Assembly (NCBI GenBank): GCA_942493375.1
Contig: OW818698.1
Coordinates: 1,813,455-1,877,454 of the forward strand
Length of the DNA: 64,000 nt
Direction: 5' to 3'
DNA from: Abditibacteriota bacterium
GTDB lineage: Bacteria > Armatimonadota > UBA5829
A program made the translations under genes and the position numbers. Every line of letters begins with the position of its first letter. Position 1 is the first letter of the stretch. The notes beneath the pieces were generated by a model. It made no database searches and had not been told where the DNA came from. It saw nothing but the letters and a program-made list of their open reading frames with translations. Positions 1 through 10,800 of the stretch are shown in pieces.

Positions 1-199
1 CCCCCAACAATAACAGGAGTGCTGCTTCTGCGGTTGATTAAGTTATCTTTCATTATATCGAAATCCATTCCTGGTTAATTTTAATACTCACGCAAAGACG
101 CAAAGGCGCAAAGAAGGAAAACTTCACTTGTGTCATCCTACTCTAATGTAGTCAAGTTTAATTCTTGGTGTTCGCTATGCTTCTGTGTGATAACCCTAC

Positions 200-1790
200 T
201 ATACTTGATGGTCCCACATTAGTGGCCCATAAACTTCCTTCATCGATCATCGCAGAAGCAGGCGGAGCCGGTATGTTGCTGAACGAGAAGATCACGCGAC
301 TTGTCGCGTCCCTTGTTGGATGACTAGACCGTCCTCCGCCTTAGCTTTTGCAAATTGCTGTGGATCAAACTCCGATTGATCACGTGCTATTGCATATATC
401 AACTTTAGGAATTTTCGTGCCACAGCAATTCTGATTTGCCCTGTCTTTTTGCCTTGTGCTTTTACTTCTTTTGAATATGAGTCATATAAGCCACCTGTTT
501 TGATCTGAATTATGGCCATATGACAGATTATATATCTTGCCAGTGCGCGTCCACGCTTACTTATGTGTTTTTCTCCACTGTGTTTGCCACTGGAGACTTC
601 AAAAAGGTTCAATCCAATATATTTTTCAAGTGATGCATATGAATCATATTTGCTTATATCCCCGCACTCACCCAATAGACCTGCCACACTTACAACTCCC
701 ACGCGTGGCAGACTAAGCAGGCACTGCGCTATCTTGAGTGTCTGAAGGATCGCATCCATTTCACATTTCAGTTGTTCTCGGCGCAATTCGACCATCTCTA
801 AATAATTCAGTAAGGATACCATCGCATTATGTCGTGTCTGTTGACCCAGTTTTGCCGCAATAGAACGCTTTGCAGCCAGGGCCACCACTTCAGCTTTGTG
901 TGCCATTCTGCCGGAAGTCGCCTTTTTGAGCGTGCACCTTATACTAGTTATCCTCGAATTGGCTACTTCATCAGCATTTGTATACTTTCTAACTATACCT
1001 CTCACACTCTTGCAAACAGCGTCTTTGAAGATGTCTCTCAACTCTGGAAACCACACTTCCAGATGACATTGAAATTCGTTCCTGAGAGAAGTGCGTTTCT
1101 TAGTCAGAGAATCCCATTCTGCAATTGCGCAGCGTAGCTGCGCATATTCATCCGTCAGCTCCTGCACTTCCTGATAACATCCCTGCCAGACTAGATCAGC
1201 TATCACACGCGGATCCTTAAGATCATTCTTCTTGGGAGAGTTATCTCTCACTTCTTTGGTGCGTTTCACATGGTAAGGATTTACCTGGACTAACCTCAGT
1301 TCATTTCGTTGCACCCATTCCCTGAAACAAGTGCTGTATGGACCAGTCGGCTCGAAAGCAATCCAGAGATCGTAACCTGCATAAATCAGGATATTCACGA
1401 ATGATAGAAACTCTGTGTAACCATCGGCATTTTGTAAGGATCGGTGCATAATGGATTTCTCAGCATACCGGAAAGCACCGTAATCGATCCATCCCTTGCT
1501 GATGTCTACACCAACAACTATACCATTCACCGGATTTGGGACAGCTTGACAATCTTTCTTGTTAATAAGCATACTTTTCATGGTAGGTTCTCCTTGGTTT
1601 TTTTGTGCACATTAATAATACCAAGAAGCACCTACTACATTATAGGAAGCTGAATGCAGCGAATGACCTACTGTAAATCCTGCACATCAACTAACTGGGC
1701 CATATTCTAAGTTTGCATGTTATGCGCATTATGCAATTGTCTTTTCCGATAAATCTGCGTAAATCTGCGAAATCTGCGGATAATTATTTC
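200..1790 (-). mobile_element. IS110-family insertion sequence; boundaries approximate
   Basis: One long ORF at 292..1581 shows IS110/IS1111 transposase hallmarks. It has non-coding flanks of about 90 and 200 bp. I recognise no terminal inverted repeats, which is typical for IS110. The upstream non-coding end is the expected location of an IS110-type guide (bridge) RNA. Confidence 0.4.
292..1581 (-). CDS. IS110-family transposase (DEDD N-terminal domain, IS116/IS110/IS902 C-terminal domain)
   Basis: 429-aa ORF. The N-terminus 'GIVVGVDISKGWIDYGAF' matches the characteristic IS110 DEDD/RuvC-like motif. The product is basic. The ORF lies antisense to nothing else that is plausible. Confidence 0.88.
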   Translation of the reverse strand: MKSMLINKKDCQAVPNPVNGIVVGVDISKGWIDYGAFRYAEKSIMHRSLQNADGYTEFLSFVNILIYAGYDLWIAFEPTGPYSTCFREWVQRNELRLVQVNPYHVKRTKEVRDNSPKKNDLKDPRVIADLVWQGCYQEVQELTDEYAQLRCAIAEWDSLTKKRTSLRNEFQCHLEVWFPELRDIFKDAVCKSVRGIVRKYTNADEVANSRITSIRCTLKKATSGRMAHKAEVVALAAKRSIAAKLGQQTRHNAMVSLLNYLEMVELRREQLKCEMDAILQTLKIAQCLLSLPRVGVVSVAGLLGECGDISKYDSYASLEKYIGLNLFEVSSGKHSGEKHISKRGRALARYIICHMAIIQIKTGGLYDSYSKEVKAQGKKTGQIRIAVARKFLKLIYAIARDQSEFDPQQFAKAKAEDGLVIQQGTRQVA

Positions 1791-1901
1791 TTTGCGTTCA
1801 CCCAGGTATGACAACTTGCACATAGACGCCAAACTGGCTCTGGTAGTATCATGTAATCTTGCTCTCTTTACCATAATACCACAGCACATAGGATTATTCA
1901 C

Positions 1902-2708
1902 TTGGACACACCACCACAGGCAATCATAGTCAACAATCTCAAAAAGGTCTTCCGTAAGCGCAAAGGCTTCCTCGGCACCGAAGTCTCAGAGGAATGGGCG
2001 CTTAAAGGGATATCATTTAGCGTAGCTGAAGGGGAGACCTATGGGATACTGGGGCCAAACGGATCCGGTAAGTCCACGCTCATCCGCATTCTCTCAACTC
2101 TACTGACAATCGATGATGGCACAGTCGAAATAATGGGACACAGCCTGCCTAAACAAGAGAGATGGATACGCAGAAACATAGGCAGGGTCAGTGTTGATGC
2201 AGCATTCTATAAGAAACTCTCTGCCAGGGAAAACCTGCTCTTCGCCGGTCAACTCTATGGCATTCCGAAGAAGGAAGCTGAACGCCGGGCTATTGCGATA
2301 TTGGAGAACCTCCACCTGGAAAACCGCAAATTCAATGATCCACTGGATGAACTCAGCCGTGGCATGCAGCAGAAGATAGCCGTAACCAGAGCGTTGCTTA
2401 TCGACCCTCCGCTGCTCCTGTTGGACGAACCGACAACCGGCCTGGACCCACGCAGCCGCAGGGATGTTCAGGAATATCTGGAGAGACTGCGCGAAGAAAA
2501 AGGCACAACGATCCTGCTGACAACCCACGACATGCAGGAAGCCGAACGCTTATGTGCCAGGATAGGTTTCCTTGCCAAAGGTAAGTTAATCGCCGAAGGC
2601 AGCGCCGATGAACTGAAGCAAAAGGCCGGTGCAGACAACCTTGAAGACGCATTCATTGAGCTAACAGGCATAGAGTTTGGCAAGGATGAAGAGGAGGTCG
2701 CAGAATAA
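1902..2708 (+). CDS. ABC transporter ATP-binding protein (ABC-2/exporter type)
   Basis: Walker A 'GPNGSGKST', ABC signature 'LSRGMQQKIAV' and Walker B 'LLLLDEPTTGLD'. TTG start at 1902; the exact start is uncertain. Confidence 0.88.
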   Translation: MDTPPQAIIVNNLKKVFRKRKGFLGTEVSEEWALKGISFSVAEGETYGILGPNGSGKSTLIRILSTLLTIDDGTVEIMGHSLPKQERWIRRNIGRVSVDAAFYKKLSARENLLFAGQLYGIPKKEAERRAIAILENLHLENRKFNDPLDELSRGMQQKIAVTRALLIDPPLLLLDEPTTGLDPRSRRDVQEYLERLREEKGTTILLTTHDMQEAERLCARIGFLAKGKLIAEGSADELKQKAGADNLEDAFIELTGIEFGKDEEEVAE

Positions 2709-3535
2709 TGCTGACTAGAGTATTCAGACCCCTGTGGGCATTCGTATTCAGAGACTTCCACCTCACCCGGCGGTATATCCATTGGGAGGTAGTTAATTTA
2801 TTCTACGCAATGGTAAGTTCAGCAACAGTCGCCCTGATCGGAGTAGCATCCAATGATTTCCGCCTGACACTAAGATTGACACTTGGAGTATTGCTCTGGA
2901 ATTTCCTGAGCTCACTATTCCACGAAATAGCCAACTCAATCAGTTATGAGAGATGGGAAGGAACGTTAGAGTACACTTTTATGGCCCCAGTAAGCCGACT
3001 TCAGCATTTACTCGGTGTCAGCAGTTATGCGAGTGTGTATGCGTTATTGAGATCATTCGTCGTGCTTGGAGGGTTATATCTCTTTATACCAATGACTCTG
3101 CACGGTGCCAATATGGCAGGCGTTGTGCTGGTCATTGCAGTTGGCGGACTGGCATTTATGGGCCTGGGACTTATGGCTGCTGTGCTTCCACTGATGAGCC
3201 CCGAACGCGGAGCCAGCGCTACTGAGATTTTTCAAGGGGTGCTGTTGCTGGTTTCAGGTGTTTATTATCCGGTAGACGTCCTGCCCGGCTGGATACGTCC
3301 TCTCTCCGTAATATCCCCAGCCAAATATGCTCTCGACGCATGCAGGCAACTGATGGGAACCGATAACCCGGCTTCCACTAACGGCCACCTGGCAGGCGCC
3401 CCCCTGAGTTCCGTTGCTCCACAGTTGCTGGTATTGGCACTGATGGGAATTGTGCTGATTCCAGCTGGTCTGTATGTATTTGGTGTTGCTGAGAAGTGGG
3501 CCAAGAAGACGGGAAAGCTGAAGAGGACGGGATAG
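2708..3535 (+). CDS. ABC-2 family transporter permease
   Basis: The start overlaps the ATPase stop (ATAATG coupling). The product is a 275-aa hydrophobic multi-TM protein, the usual partner of the upstream ATPase. Confidence 0.8.
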   Translation: MLTRVFRPLWAFVFRDFHLTRRYIHWEVVNLFYAMVSSATVALIGVASNDFRLTLRLTLGVLLWNFLSSLFHEIANSISYERWEGTLEYTFMAPVSRLQHLLGVSSYASVYALLRSFVVLGGLYLFIPMTLHGANMAGVVLVIAVGGLAFMGLGLMAAVLPLMSPERGASATEIFQGVLLLVSGVYYPVDVLPGWIRPLSVISPAKYALDACRQLMGTDNPASTNGHLAGAPLSSVAPQLLVLALMGIVLIPAGLYVFGVAEKWAKKTGKLKRTG

Positions 3536-3540
3536 TGGAT

Positions 3541-3660
3541 TATAGCTAGATAAGACGAATAGGACTAATAAGACCCATAGGACATAGACGGCTATAGAAC
3601 GCAGTCTGTCCTATATGTCCTATTTGTCTTATTTGTCTTATATGTCTTATCTATGGGATT
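3541..3660. terminator. Long imperfect palindrome between convergent genes (probable bidirectional terminator)
   Basis: 'agataagacgaataggac ... gtcctatttgtcttat' arms with a 'ggacatag...ctatatgtcc' core. It lies between the 3' ends of the + permease gene and the - GHL10 gene. Confidence 0.45.
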
Positions 3661-3667
3661 CAACTCC

Positions 3668-5251
3668 TCACCGCACAAAAACCTCCACCCAAGTAATCGT
3701 CACAGCCTCTTTGGAATTCACCTCGATCAAATTGTAGCCTTCGTTCATCGTTCCAACAGACACTTCGTAGGCCTGGCGTTTTGGTTGACCAGATACTCCA
3801 GCCCTTGTAATATGCTCGGGATCAACCAAGCCGGTGAATGGGCATATGGCACCGTTCAATCGGACATCCAGCGGTTGGTCGCTGTCTTTAATTACCAGCT
3901 CTATCTGAATATGCTGCTCCGGCAGTGGTTTTGGGCCTGTGTGGATGCGGAAGACTCCATTTGTACCGGTGTATGGCAATAGATTCGGTGCGCCGGGTTC
4001 TCCTGCTGCCCAGGGGTATGCAGACGTTATTATGTGGCGTCTGGGTGCGGCGCAGAGGGCAGCGTAGGAACCGGCATCGCGCACCAATTGGTTGTGGTCC
4101 TCACGCGGCCAGTAGTGGTATGGGTTTGTGAACAGGTTGAATAAGTAGACAGAATCCGCTCCGCGCTGTAGTCCACTCAGTATAGCTCCGCGCATTTCAT
4201 CCGGGGTTGAGTTTCTTATTCCACTGCCCGCACTGACACAACCCTCCATTCCGACAGCTACAGGTACTTTAGTTCCGATCAGCATTCCTTTCCAGGACTC
4301 AATCGGCATATCGCTATTGATCGATGGCCAGAACGATGAGACTGTGATCAGATCGATCATACCTGCTTTGGCCCAATCGACTGCCTCCAGCCCGTGCATC
4401 CGTGATATCCAGGGGGAAGACGGCACCCGCACAGCCAGCTTAACCTTATGGTGTAATCGTATGGCAGCTTCGTTTGTAACCTCACGCACCTGCCTGACAA
4501 ATGCAGTCATCAGTTTGGCTCCTTCGTGTTCACGTCCCGGACGGAAATAGAGCCAGAAACGCAGGAAATCCAACTCGATGCCATCAACATTATAACGGGA
4601 GCAGACTTCCTTTATGAGCTTCATGTAATGATCCCGGACTTCCGGCTGCTCCCAGTCCAACCCGGCAGGCAAGCGCCACTCAGGATGGGATTTCCAGATT
4701 GTGCTGTGATAAGGATGATTTGGCCATTCGGGATAGTGAGAATCATTCATACGAATTGATAACCAGGGTTTGACATGATGTTTACGCGCACGATCGATCA
4801 TCCGCTGGGGATAATCACAGCCCATCTTGTAGAGCTTGTACATACTGATGATCATTTCGCTGGTAGTTCCATCCGCCGGATCAATCCCAGCAAAGAATGG
4901 CTGATCCTTACCCAGCTTAGGGTCATATCCGTCCCAGTAAGCCTCCCATGAATCACTCCGAAAATCAGTTCGCTGGGAATTAATATTGATAAACAGGTCA
5001 GTAATACCCAGAGCAGTGTGTTCATCAACGAATTTATTAATAGTCTCCGGCACAACAGGCCCGAAGGTCCCGACAAAATATTCTGTCTCATCGAGGTTAT
5101 AAATAACCTGCAGCTTAGGCCCAACTCTCTTACTCATCTTTGCTTTCCCTTTTGTTACAGATTGAACAGCAAATGCCGCTTGCGATAGAACCAGCACACT
5201 GAGTGTAATTGAAAAGATTGCCGGGAATAGTTTCATTTTGTATATATTCAT
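3668..5251 (-). CDS. Secreted GHL10-family (DUF187/YngK-like) TIM-barrel glycoside-hydrolase-like protein
   Basis: Signal peptide 'MKLFPAIFSITLSVLVLSQAAFA'. Central 'VDGIELDFLRF' and other GHL10-like blocks, with a C-terminal beta-sandwich. The alternative start at 5236 (MKLF) is plausible. Confidence 0.5.
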   Translation of the reverse strand: MNIYKMKLFPAIFSITLSVLVLSQAAFAVQSVTKGKAKMSKRVGPKLQVIYNLDETEYFVGTFGPVVPETINKFVDEHTALGITDLFININSQRTDFRSDSWEAYWDGYDPKLGKDQPFFAGIDPADGTTSEMIISMYKLYKMGCDYPQRMIDRARKHHVKPWLSIRMNDSHYPEWPNHPYHSTIWKSHPEWRLPAGLDWEQPEVRDHYMKLIKEVCSRYNVDGIELDFLRFWLYFRPGREHEGAKLMTAFVRQVREVTNEAAIRLHHKVKLAVRVPSSPWISRMHGLEAVDWAKAGMIDLITVSSFWPSINSDMPIESWKGMLIGTKVPVAVGMEGCVSAGSGIRNSTPDEMRGAILSGLQRGADSVYLFNLFTNPYHYWPREDHNQLVRDAGSYAALCAAPRRHIITSAYPWAAGEPGAPNLLPYTGTNGVFRIHTGPKPLPEQHIQIELVIKDSDQPLDVRLNGAICPFTGLVDPEHITRAGVSGQPKRQAYEVSVGTMNEGYNLIEVNSKEAVTITWVEVFVR

Positions 5252-5254
5252 CCT

Positions 5255-5280
5255 TTCCGTGTATTCAGTGTATTCCGTGG
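5255..5280. promoter_or_regulatory. Conserved 26-bp direct-repeat motif TTCCGTGTATTCAGTGTATTCCGTGG (copy 1)
   Basis: An identical 26-mer recurs at 35191..35216, with a partial copy at about 35045..35066. It contains the tandem GTGTATTC octamer and sits immediately 5' of the GHL10-like gene start. Confidence 0.35.
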
Positions 5281-5302
5281 TTCTCTAAAATATCCGCCTG
5301 CA

Positions 5303-7270
5303 TTACTTCGCAGCTGCCGTCGTCTCCGCAGCAGTATTCAACTGTGGGATGTGTATTGTCCAGTGATCGGCTTTGGTGGTTCCGTCTATGTCTACGGTCA
5401 CATTGAATGTGTACTGTATCCCCCCGGTTTCGTCGAGGATTTCCAGTTCCTTTTTGCCTGCGACTTTCTTGCTTGCCTTAATAAGGGCCGGATTGGACAT
5501 GTCCCCGAACTCCTGGCTCTCCCACCACGCCATTCTTTGCCCACACTGGAACATCGCTTTATAGTATTTGAGTTGGTCTTTGTTCAACATCGAAGTATCC
5601 AGTCCGTCTTCAGAGAAAACAAGCCTGCGCTGCATAGGATTCAGCTGCAGATAGAAGCGCATAAGGCCTTCGGTATCGTAGTGTTCCCACCAGATGCCGA
5701 TTGCCTGCTCCATTAGCTTATCGCTGCTGATGTTTTCTTCAACCTGCTCCAGAGTCAGCGTAACTATCTCAGCATAAGTATCGAGTGACAAGATATTGTT
5801 CTTCTCTGCCTCGTTCTTCCATTCCTTTACCATCTCATCCGGTATCTGCGATGTCCTCCGTCTGAACCAGTCCCTTCTGCGCAGCTCCAAAATCGTGCCG
5901 TGCTTCTCATAGTTGCACTGATAGCCCTTGCACAGTTTGGCAAGCACTTTTGCAGCCTCCTCTTTAGATCCCGGTTCACCACCACCCAATACAACCGCAT
6001 AGCTATCAGAGACAACATTCATCTTCAGTGCATCCGCAATGCTCTTCTGAAACATCTGATAGTACAGCCTGGAATATGCCATATCCCCCAGGACTTTTGT
6101 GGTTGCTTTTATGGAGTTCAGCATTTCCTCTGTAAATTTGATCTCAATCTCTTTTGACAGTTCTTCATCAGCAGGATTCTCAACAACCGGATCATACATC
6201 AGAAAATACTCAGCAGCCTTTTTATCGGCGTCGGCAGGATCGTCCAGTTTTGATAGTTCACTGTAATAGAAATTTTGAGCATCTTTTTCTTTACCCAGTG
6301 CAGTCATCAACACTGAAGCACTGTCCTGTGTGCTTTTTGCGCTGGGATAGCAAAAATATCCAACTTTGTGATGATATGCACGCCCGTCTATATGCACCGG
6401 GCTACCGATGCTCCCGAAATAACTCAATTGCTCGCGCTGAGAACCCTCCCAGTAAGGAGTCATCATATACCACTGAAGCGTGCACCCGGGCATCTTCTGT
6501 TCAAGGTCCTTGGGAAGAGGATCATCTCCCCGGGTAATTTTGGCGTATTTTTCATACTCTCTGAGCACGCTGCAATAAAGTGCCTGGCTGGATTTTGAGA
6601 GAGAATTGTAAGGAATCTGTATGTCGTTACTGCCGTTGATGACCATTCCCTTCAATCCCTTGAACTCCCCCAGCATCTGAGTAACAAATTGCGCAAAGCC
6701 TGTCTCAGAGCACATATATAGATAGGGGTCCTTCTGCTTCAACTTCTCAAGATCACTATCCGATAGCTTCGAGACTTTATCGAAAGAGTCAATCATCTCA
6801 GTCCGGCGCTTTGTTACTTCCTGTGCAAGCTCATTTGCGCGTCTGTCAGCTTCAGCCTGGATCTTGGTCAGCAGTTTTCGGTCTGCATTCAAAGTGTATG
6901 TGCTGGCCGCTTTCTCACCCTTTTGTGTCCATTTAAAATTCATCACACGGGAAATGGAGTCCATCAGGTCTCCAAGAGCTATCCCCTTTACGTAAACATT
7001 CATCTTCCGGTCTCTGACCTGCCAGTCCTGGTTGCTGTACCCTGCATGCAGTTCAACACCAGCCTTCTTTGCCAGGTCCGCAAATATTGTCTTCAGAGGA
7101 GTGTGCCAGGCTTCATAATCGATTTTCTGAGCAAGCCGCGGATCGGATTCCTTGTCAGCAGTATACGTCCATGGAATCTGTTCCAAAACCACCCTCTGCG
7201 CATAACACACGCTCCCTGATATAACAATTGCTAGAATAATGCTAAATAGATAGTACACATATTTCATCAT
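5303..7270 (-). CDS. Hypothetical secreted protein (655 aa, K/E-rich)
   Basis: N-terminal signal peptide 'MMKYVYYLFSIILAIVISGSVCYAQ'. A long uninterrupted ORF with no recognisable catalytic motifs. Confidence 0.6.
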   Translation of the reverse strand: MMKYVYYLFSIILAIVISGSVCYAQRVVLEQIPWTYTADKESDPRLAQKIDYEAWHTPLKTIFADLAKKAGVELHAGYSNQDWQVRDRKMNVYVKGIALGDLMDSISRVMNFKWTQKGEKAASTYTLNADRKLLTKIQAEADRRANELAQEVTKRRTEMIDSFDKVSKLSDSDLEKLKQKDPYLYMCSETGFAQFVTQMLGEFKGLKGMVINGSNDIQIPYNSLSKSSQALYCSVLREYEKYAKITRGDDPLPKDLEQKMPGCTLQWYMMTPYWEGSQREQLSYFGSIGSPVHIDGRAYHHKVGYFCYPSAKSTQDSASVLMTALGKEKDAQNFYYSELSKLDDPADADKKAAEYFLMYDPVVENPADEELSKEIEIKFTEEMLNSIKATTKVLGDMAYSRLYYQMFQKSIADALKMNVVSDSYAVVLGGGEPGSKEEAAKVLAKLCKGYQCNYEKHGTILELRRRDWFRRRTSQIPDEMVKEWKNEAEKNNILSLDTYAEIVTLTLEQVEENISSDKLMEQAIGIWWEHYDTEGLMRFYLQLNPMQRRLVFSEDGLDTSMLNKDQLKYYKAMFQCGQRMAWWESQEFGDMSNPALIKASKKVAGKKELEILDETGGIQYTFNVTVDIDGTTKADHWTIHIPQLNTAAETTAAAK

Positions 7271-7805
7271 TTCACATCCTTTTCAACGTGTAACCAGTTA
7301 AATTTGGCATCGATACTTCAAACACAGCTGATTAGCAAGAAGGCAAAAAGATACTTAATGACGTATTTTATTCCCGAATTACATAGTTGTCAAATTATTG
7401 CAACCAGGAGGATAATCAACGCAATATATCGAAGCCTACCATTTACATCTAATCCAATAGGCATGCAGGATCAAACGGCGGTGCTATCCCAACGTCGCCC
7501 TCACTTACTATGATCGCGGAATGGCATATCTGAACAATAAACCCGGATTACCCATATGAAATCAAGGTTCTGAGGCTGGATTTCGACCCGCGGCATGATC
7601 CGGACGAAACACAACAGACAAACCTGGATTGATGCCGCGAAATGGAGTACTTTGGCGCAGACATGTTGTATACTGAAGTAGATAAGCTGAGAGATCAGCT
7701 TGAAATGCGATGCCCAAATCGCAAATGGGTAATCCCGGCTAGCGTTAGCTCGTTCGCGGGCTCAGGAATCTGTCGGCATATCGATAGTTTGGAGGTTTTC
7801 TACGT

Positions 7806-10800
7806 GTGAAATCCGCCCTGTACTCAGTAACCGTTGTCCTGTGCATCTTGGCCACTTGGCCCTTAGCCGCACTCGCTGAAGGCGATCCGGCGGCGCGCGA
7901 CTTGGCCGCGAGTATCCAAGTACCCTCCACAATCTTCCGCGATCAGGACCTGACGGGCATGATCGAAGTGACGAACAAAGGCGCGACGGACCGCCCCGGC
8001 GCAATCTACGTCAGGCTCAACAGCCGTAAGGGCTTCTCCAAGATCATCGACTCGCGGTTCCCCGGCAAGATGGGGGATACCGTGAAGTACCAGCTTGCCA
8101 TCCCAAGTTTCGACTTCGACGGCCTTGGAGGCAAGTTCGAAGTCTTCTATCGCGACCCAGAATTGCGCGACACCGTTCTCACGACGCAACCTCTCTCCGT
8201 GGTATACCAGCGGACACCCAGACCCGGCGAGAACATGCTCGCGAACGGCGGGTTTGAGTTGGTCAACAGGTTCTGCGGCACAACTCTTGGCGCTAGAGAC
8301 GCCGACATGAGATGGGGCAACCCGCGCTGGTGGACGGAGCTTCCCATCGATGGCTGGTGGGCTGAAGGGACGACCGCCAGAGGCATCAGCCTCGCATCGA
8401 GCGGACACACGGGCAGCCGATCCCTGCGGATAAGTGCGGCACGGGGCGCGGTGACCGTAGCTTCGTCATTCGGGCGGTACGTACCCGACGGCAAGGTGAC
8501 GCTGAGCGCCTGGGTGAAGACCAACGGCGCCAAAGGCGAACTGTTCCTAGACATGATCTCGGATTTAAACCTCGCGCGGCAGAGGAGAGCCGATGCCCGC
8601 AAGACCGCCTCGCTCCCTGAGAACTCCGACTGGACCCGAGTGTCCGTGACCCTGGACAATCCGAGCACGAATTCGGCAGTCGTCCGGATCAGCGTGGAGA
8701 AGGGCCTGGTGATGGTCGATGATGTCCAAGTGGAACTCAGCGGCAAACCCAACGCGTTCAACGTTCGCCCCGAGGAGTACCTCCGTCTGTCATTCGGCGA
8801 CGGTGATGGTTCCGTGATGCCAAAGTGGACAACCTCAGACATCGGAGAGCGGACCGTTCGCGTCTACAACGATTCTCGCGTCCCGCTTAAGGGCAAAGTG
8901 ATTCTGCAGTTCGGACCGTGGAACATACCGGCTCAGATGTTCATCGGGTCATTCGACATCTCCACGCTGCCTCCGGGCAAGTTCCAGGCGTTTCGGTTCT
9001 CTACTTCCGGTCTGCGGTCAGATGGATATGTGGTGACAGGCCGACTCCAGCAAGCGGCGACAGTCATCCATGACGGCCTGTGGGACTTCGACCCCTACGC
9101 GTTTACCGCATACCAACTCGGTAATATGCTCCATTCCCGAATCGCCGCCCGGTTCGCGCTTCTTCGCAAGATCGACCCAGAGAAGCTCTTCGGCATCGGC
9201 AACTCGACCCAGCAGAAGTTCTCGCTCGGTCTTGACAAGCCCTACATCGACTACTACCTCGAACAGAAGGAAATCGGGCTTACATGCACGCGTGGCGGCA
9301 GTGACGATAACGAGACCTTTATGCGCGCCGCAGCGGGCGGCCTGCCGGTCTATACCACGGAGCAATACGATGGCGCGCCCGCGGGCTTCAAGTTTACCAA
9401 CCCGTGCTCACCTGGTCGGCTGGATGTATACAGCATAGAAGGGCGCAAGTTGCTCAAGAAGCGCGGGGAAGAGGTTGGCCGAGACTTCGCGTCCAACCCG
9501 GCGGTTGTTGGTGTGCAGCTCGCGAACGAGCAGTTCTGGGCGAACGGCCCGATCCCCTGCCCGACCAAATCCGCCGATGACAACTTCCGGGCCTGGTGCA
9601 AGAAACGCCACGCGAGCCTGAAAGCCCTAAACCAACGCTGGAACACCAGCTACACAATCTGGGATCAAGTTACGCAGGTCGTCTCCGAACCATTCTACAA
9701 GAGCCTTATGGCAAGGAAAAAACGCGAGGGGGCTTCTGTCGATTGGGGTTGGATGAACTGGGCGCAGACCTGGCCGAAAGAGCCTGTCGACGAACTGGAC
9801 CGCATCCCCGGCAAGACGATGGACTGGCTGCGCTGGCGGACCCAGACCGGTGTGGAGGCGTACATGACCTTCATCAAGGCCGCCAAGAAGTACGACCACA
9901 AGACGCTCTACGGGACCGATCTACCCATCGACACGTTCGTAAAGCAGTTCGTGATTCCGTTCATCCGCGCAACCGACGCGGCTATGATAAACACCCGTTA
10001 CACCTCCGGTTACCCAGTCTCTTTCGGCACTCCGCATGAGAACATAGCCAACCTCGAACTCGCCGAGTCGGTAGCCGAAGGCAAGCCTTTCTGGGGAATC
10101 GAAATCTACGCCAAAGCCACGTGGCCCGCGGAATCGACCGCCCTCCAGAACTGGGGTCTGATCGCCCACGGGATGAGTGTGCCTCTCGTCTTCAGTTGGT
10201 ATCCGATGACCGATACCGGCACGCCGACCAAGGTCCTGGAATGGGAAGAACGGCTCAAGAAGGGAGGCAACATTTTCGGCTACGCAAGCTGGTATATGAT
10301 CGACGTAGACGGCGCGCGCCTGCCGATCTTCGACCCGTACGTGCGATCGCTGAGAGAGGTCAAGCGGTTCCACGAGACCTTCGACGGCACGACGATCCAT
10401 CGCGCAAAGACAGACATCGCCTACTATGTATCCAACGACACCTCCGAGCACGACCTTCTCATCACCAAGTACGCGCCCTGGGGAGCGATTCCCGAGCGGG
10501 TATCATTCAACCTGATCTACATGCTGCGCATGAACGGAATAGCGGCGGACTATGTGGACGATGCCAACCTTCCGAATGCCCCCGGCAAGTTCAAGACTGT
10601 GATCGTGCCCTTGGCGGATGTGCTCAGTCAGGCTGCCGCGACTAAGTTGGCATCGTTCGCAAAGAAGGGCGGGACCCTGGTACTCGTCGGCCTATCGGGA
10701 CAAATGGACCCTTGGCTGCGCAAGTACGGGCACATTGGCGGGCCGGCTTGGAGCGAACTAGGGTGGTACGCTCCGAACTACAATGAAGGTTTCCGCCCGT

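Noticed and set aside
91-117. 'acgcaaagacgcaaaggcgcaaag' short tandem octamers near the window start
   Set aside because: It is too short and too isolated to interpret. It may belong to the IS110 right end or its target, but cannot be resolved from this window.
2100-2782. Minus-strand ORFs of 84-142 aa
   Set aside because: They lie antisense to the ABC ATPase gene, which has unambiguous Walker motifs.
7863-10645. Several 100-230-aa ORFs on both strands inside 7806..11417
   Set aside because: The region is G+C-rich, where stop codons are rare. The long + frame carries GH42-like motifs, and the others have none.
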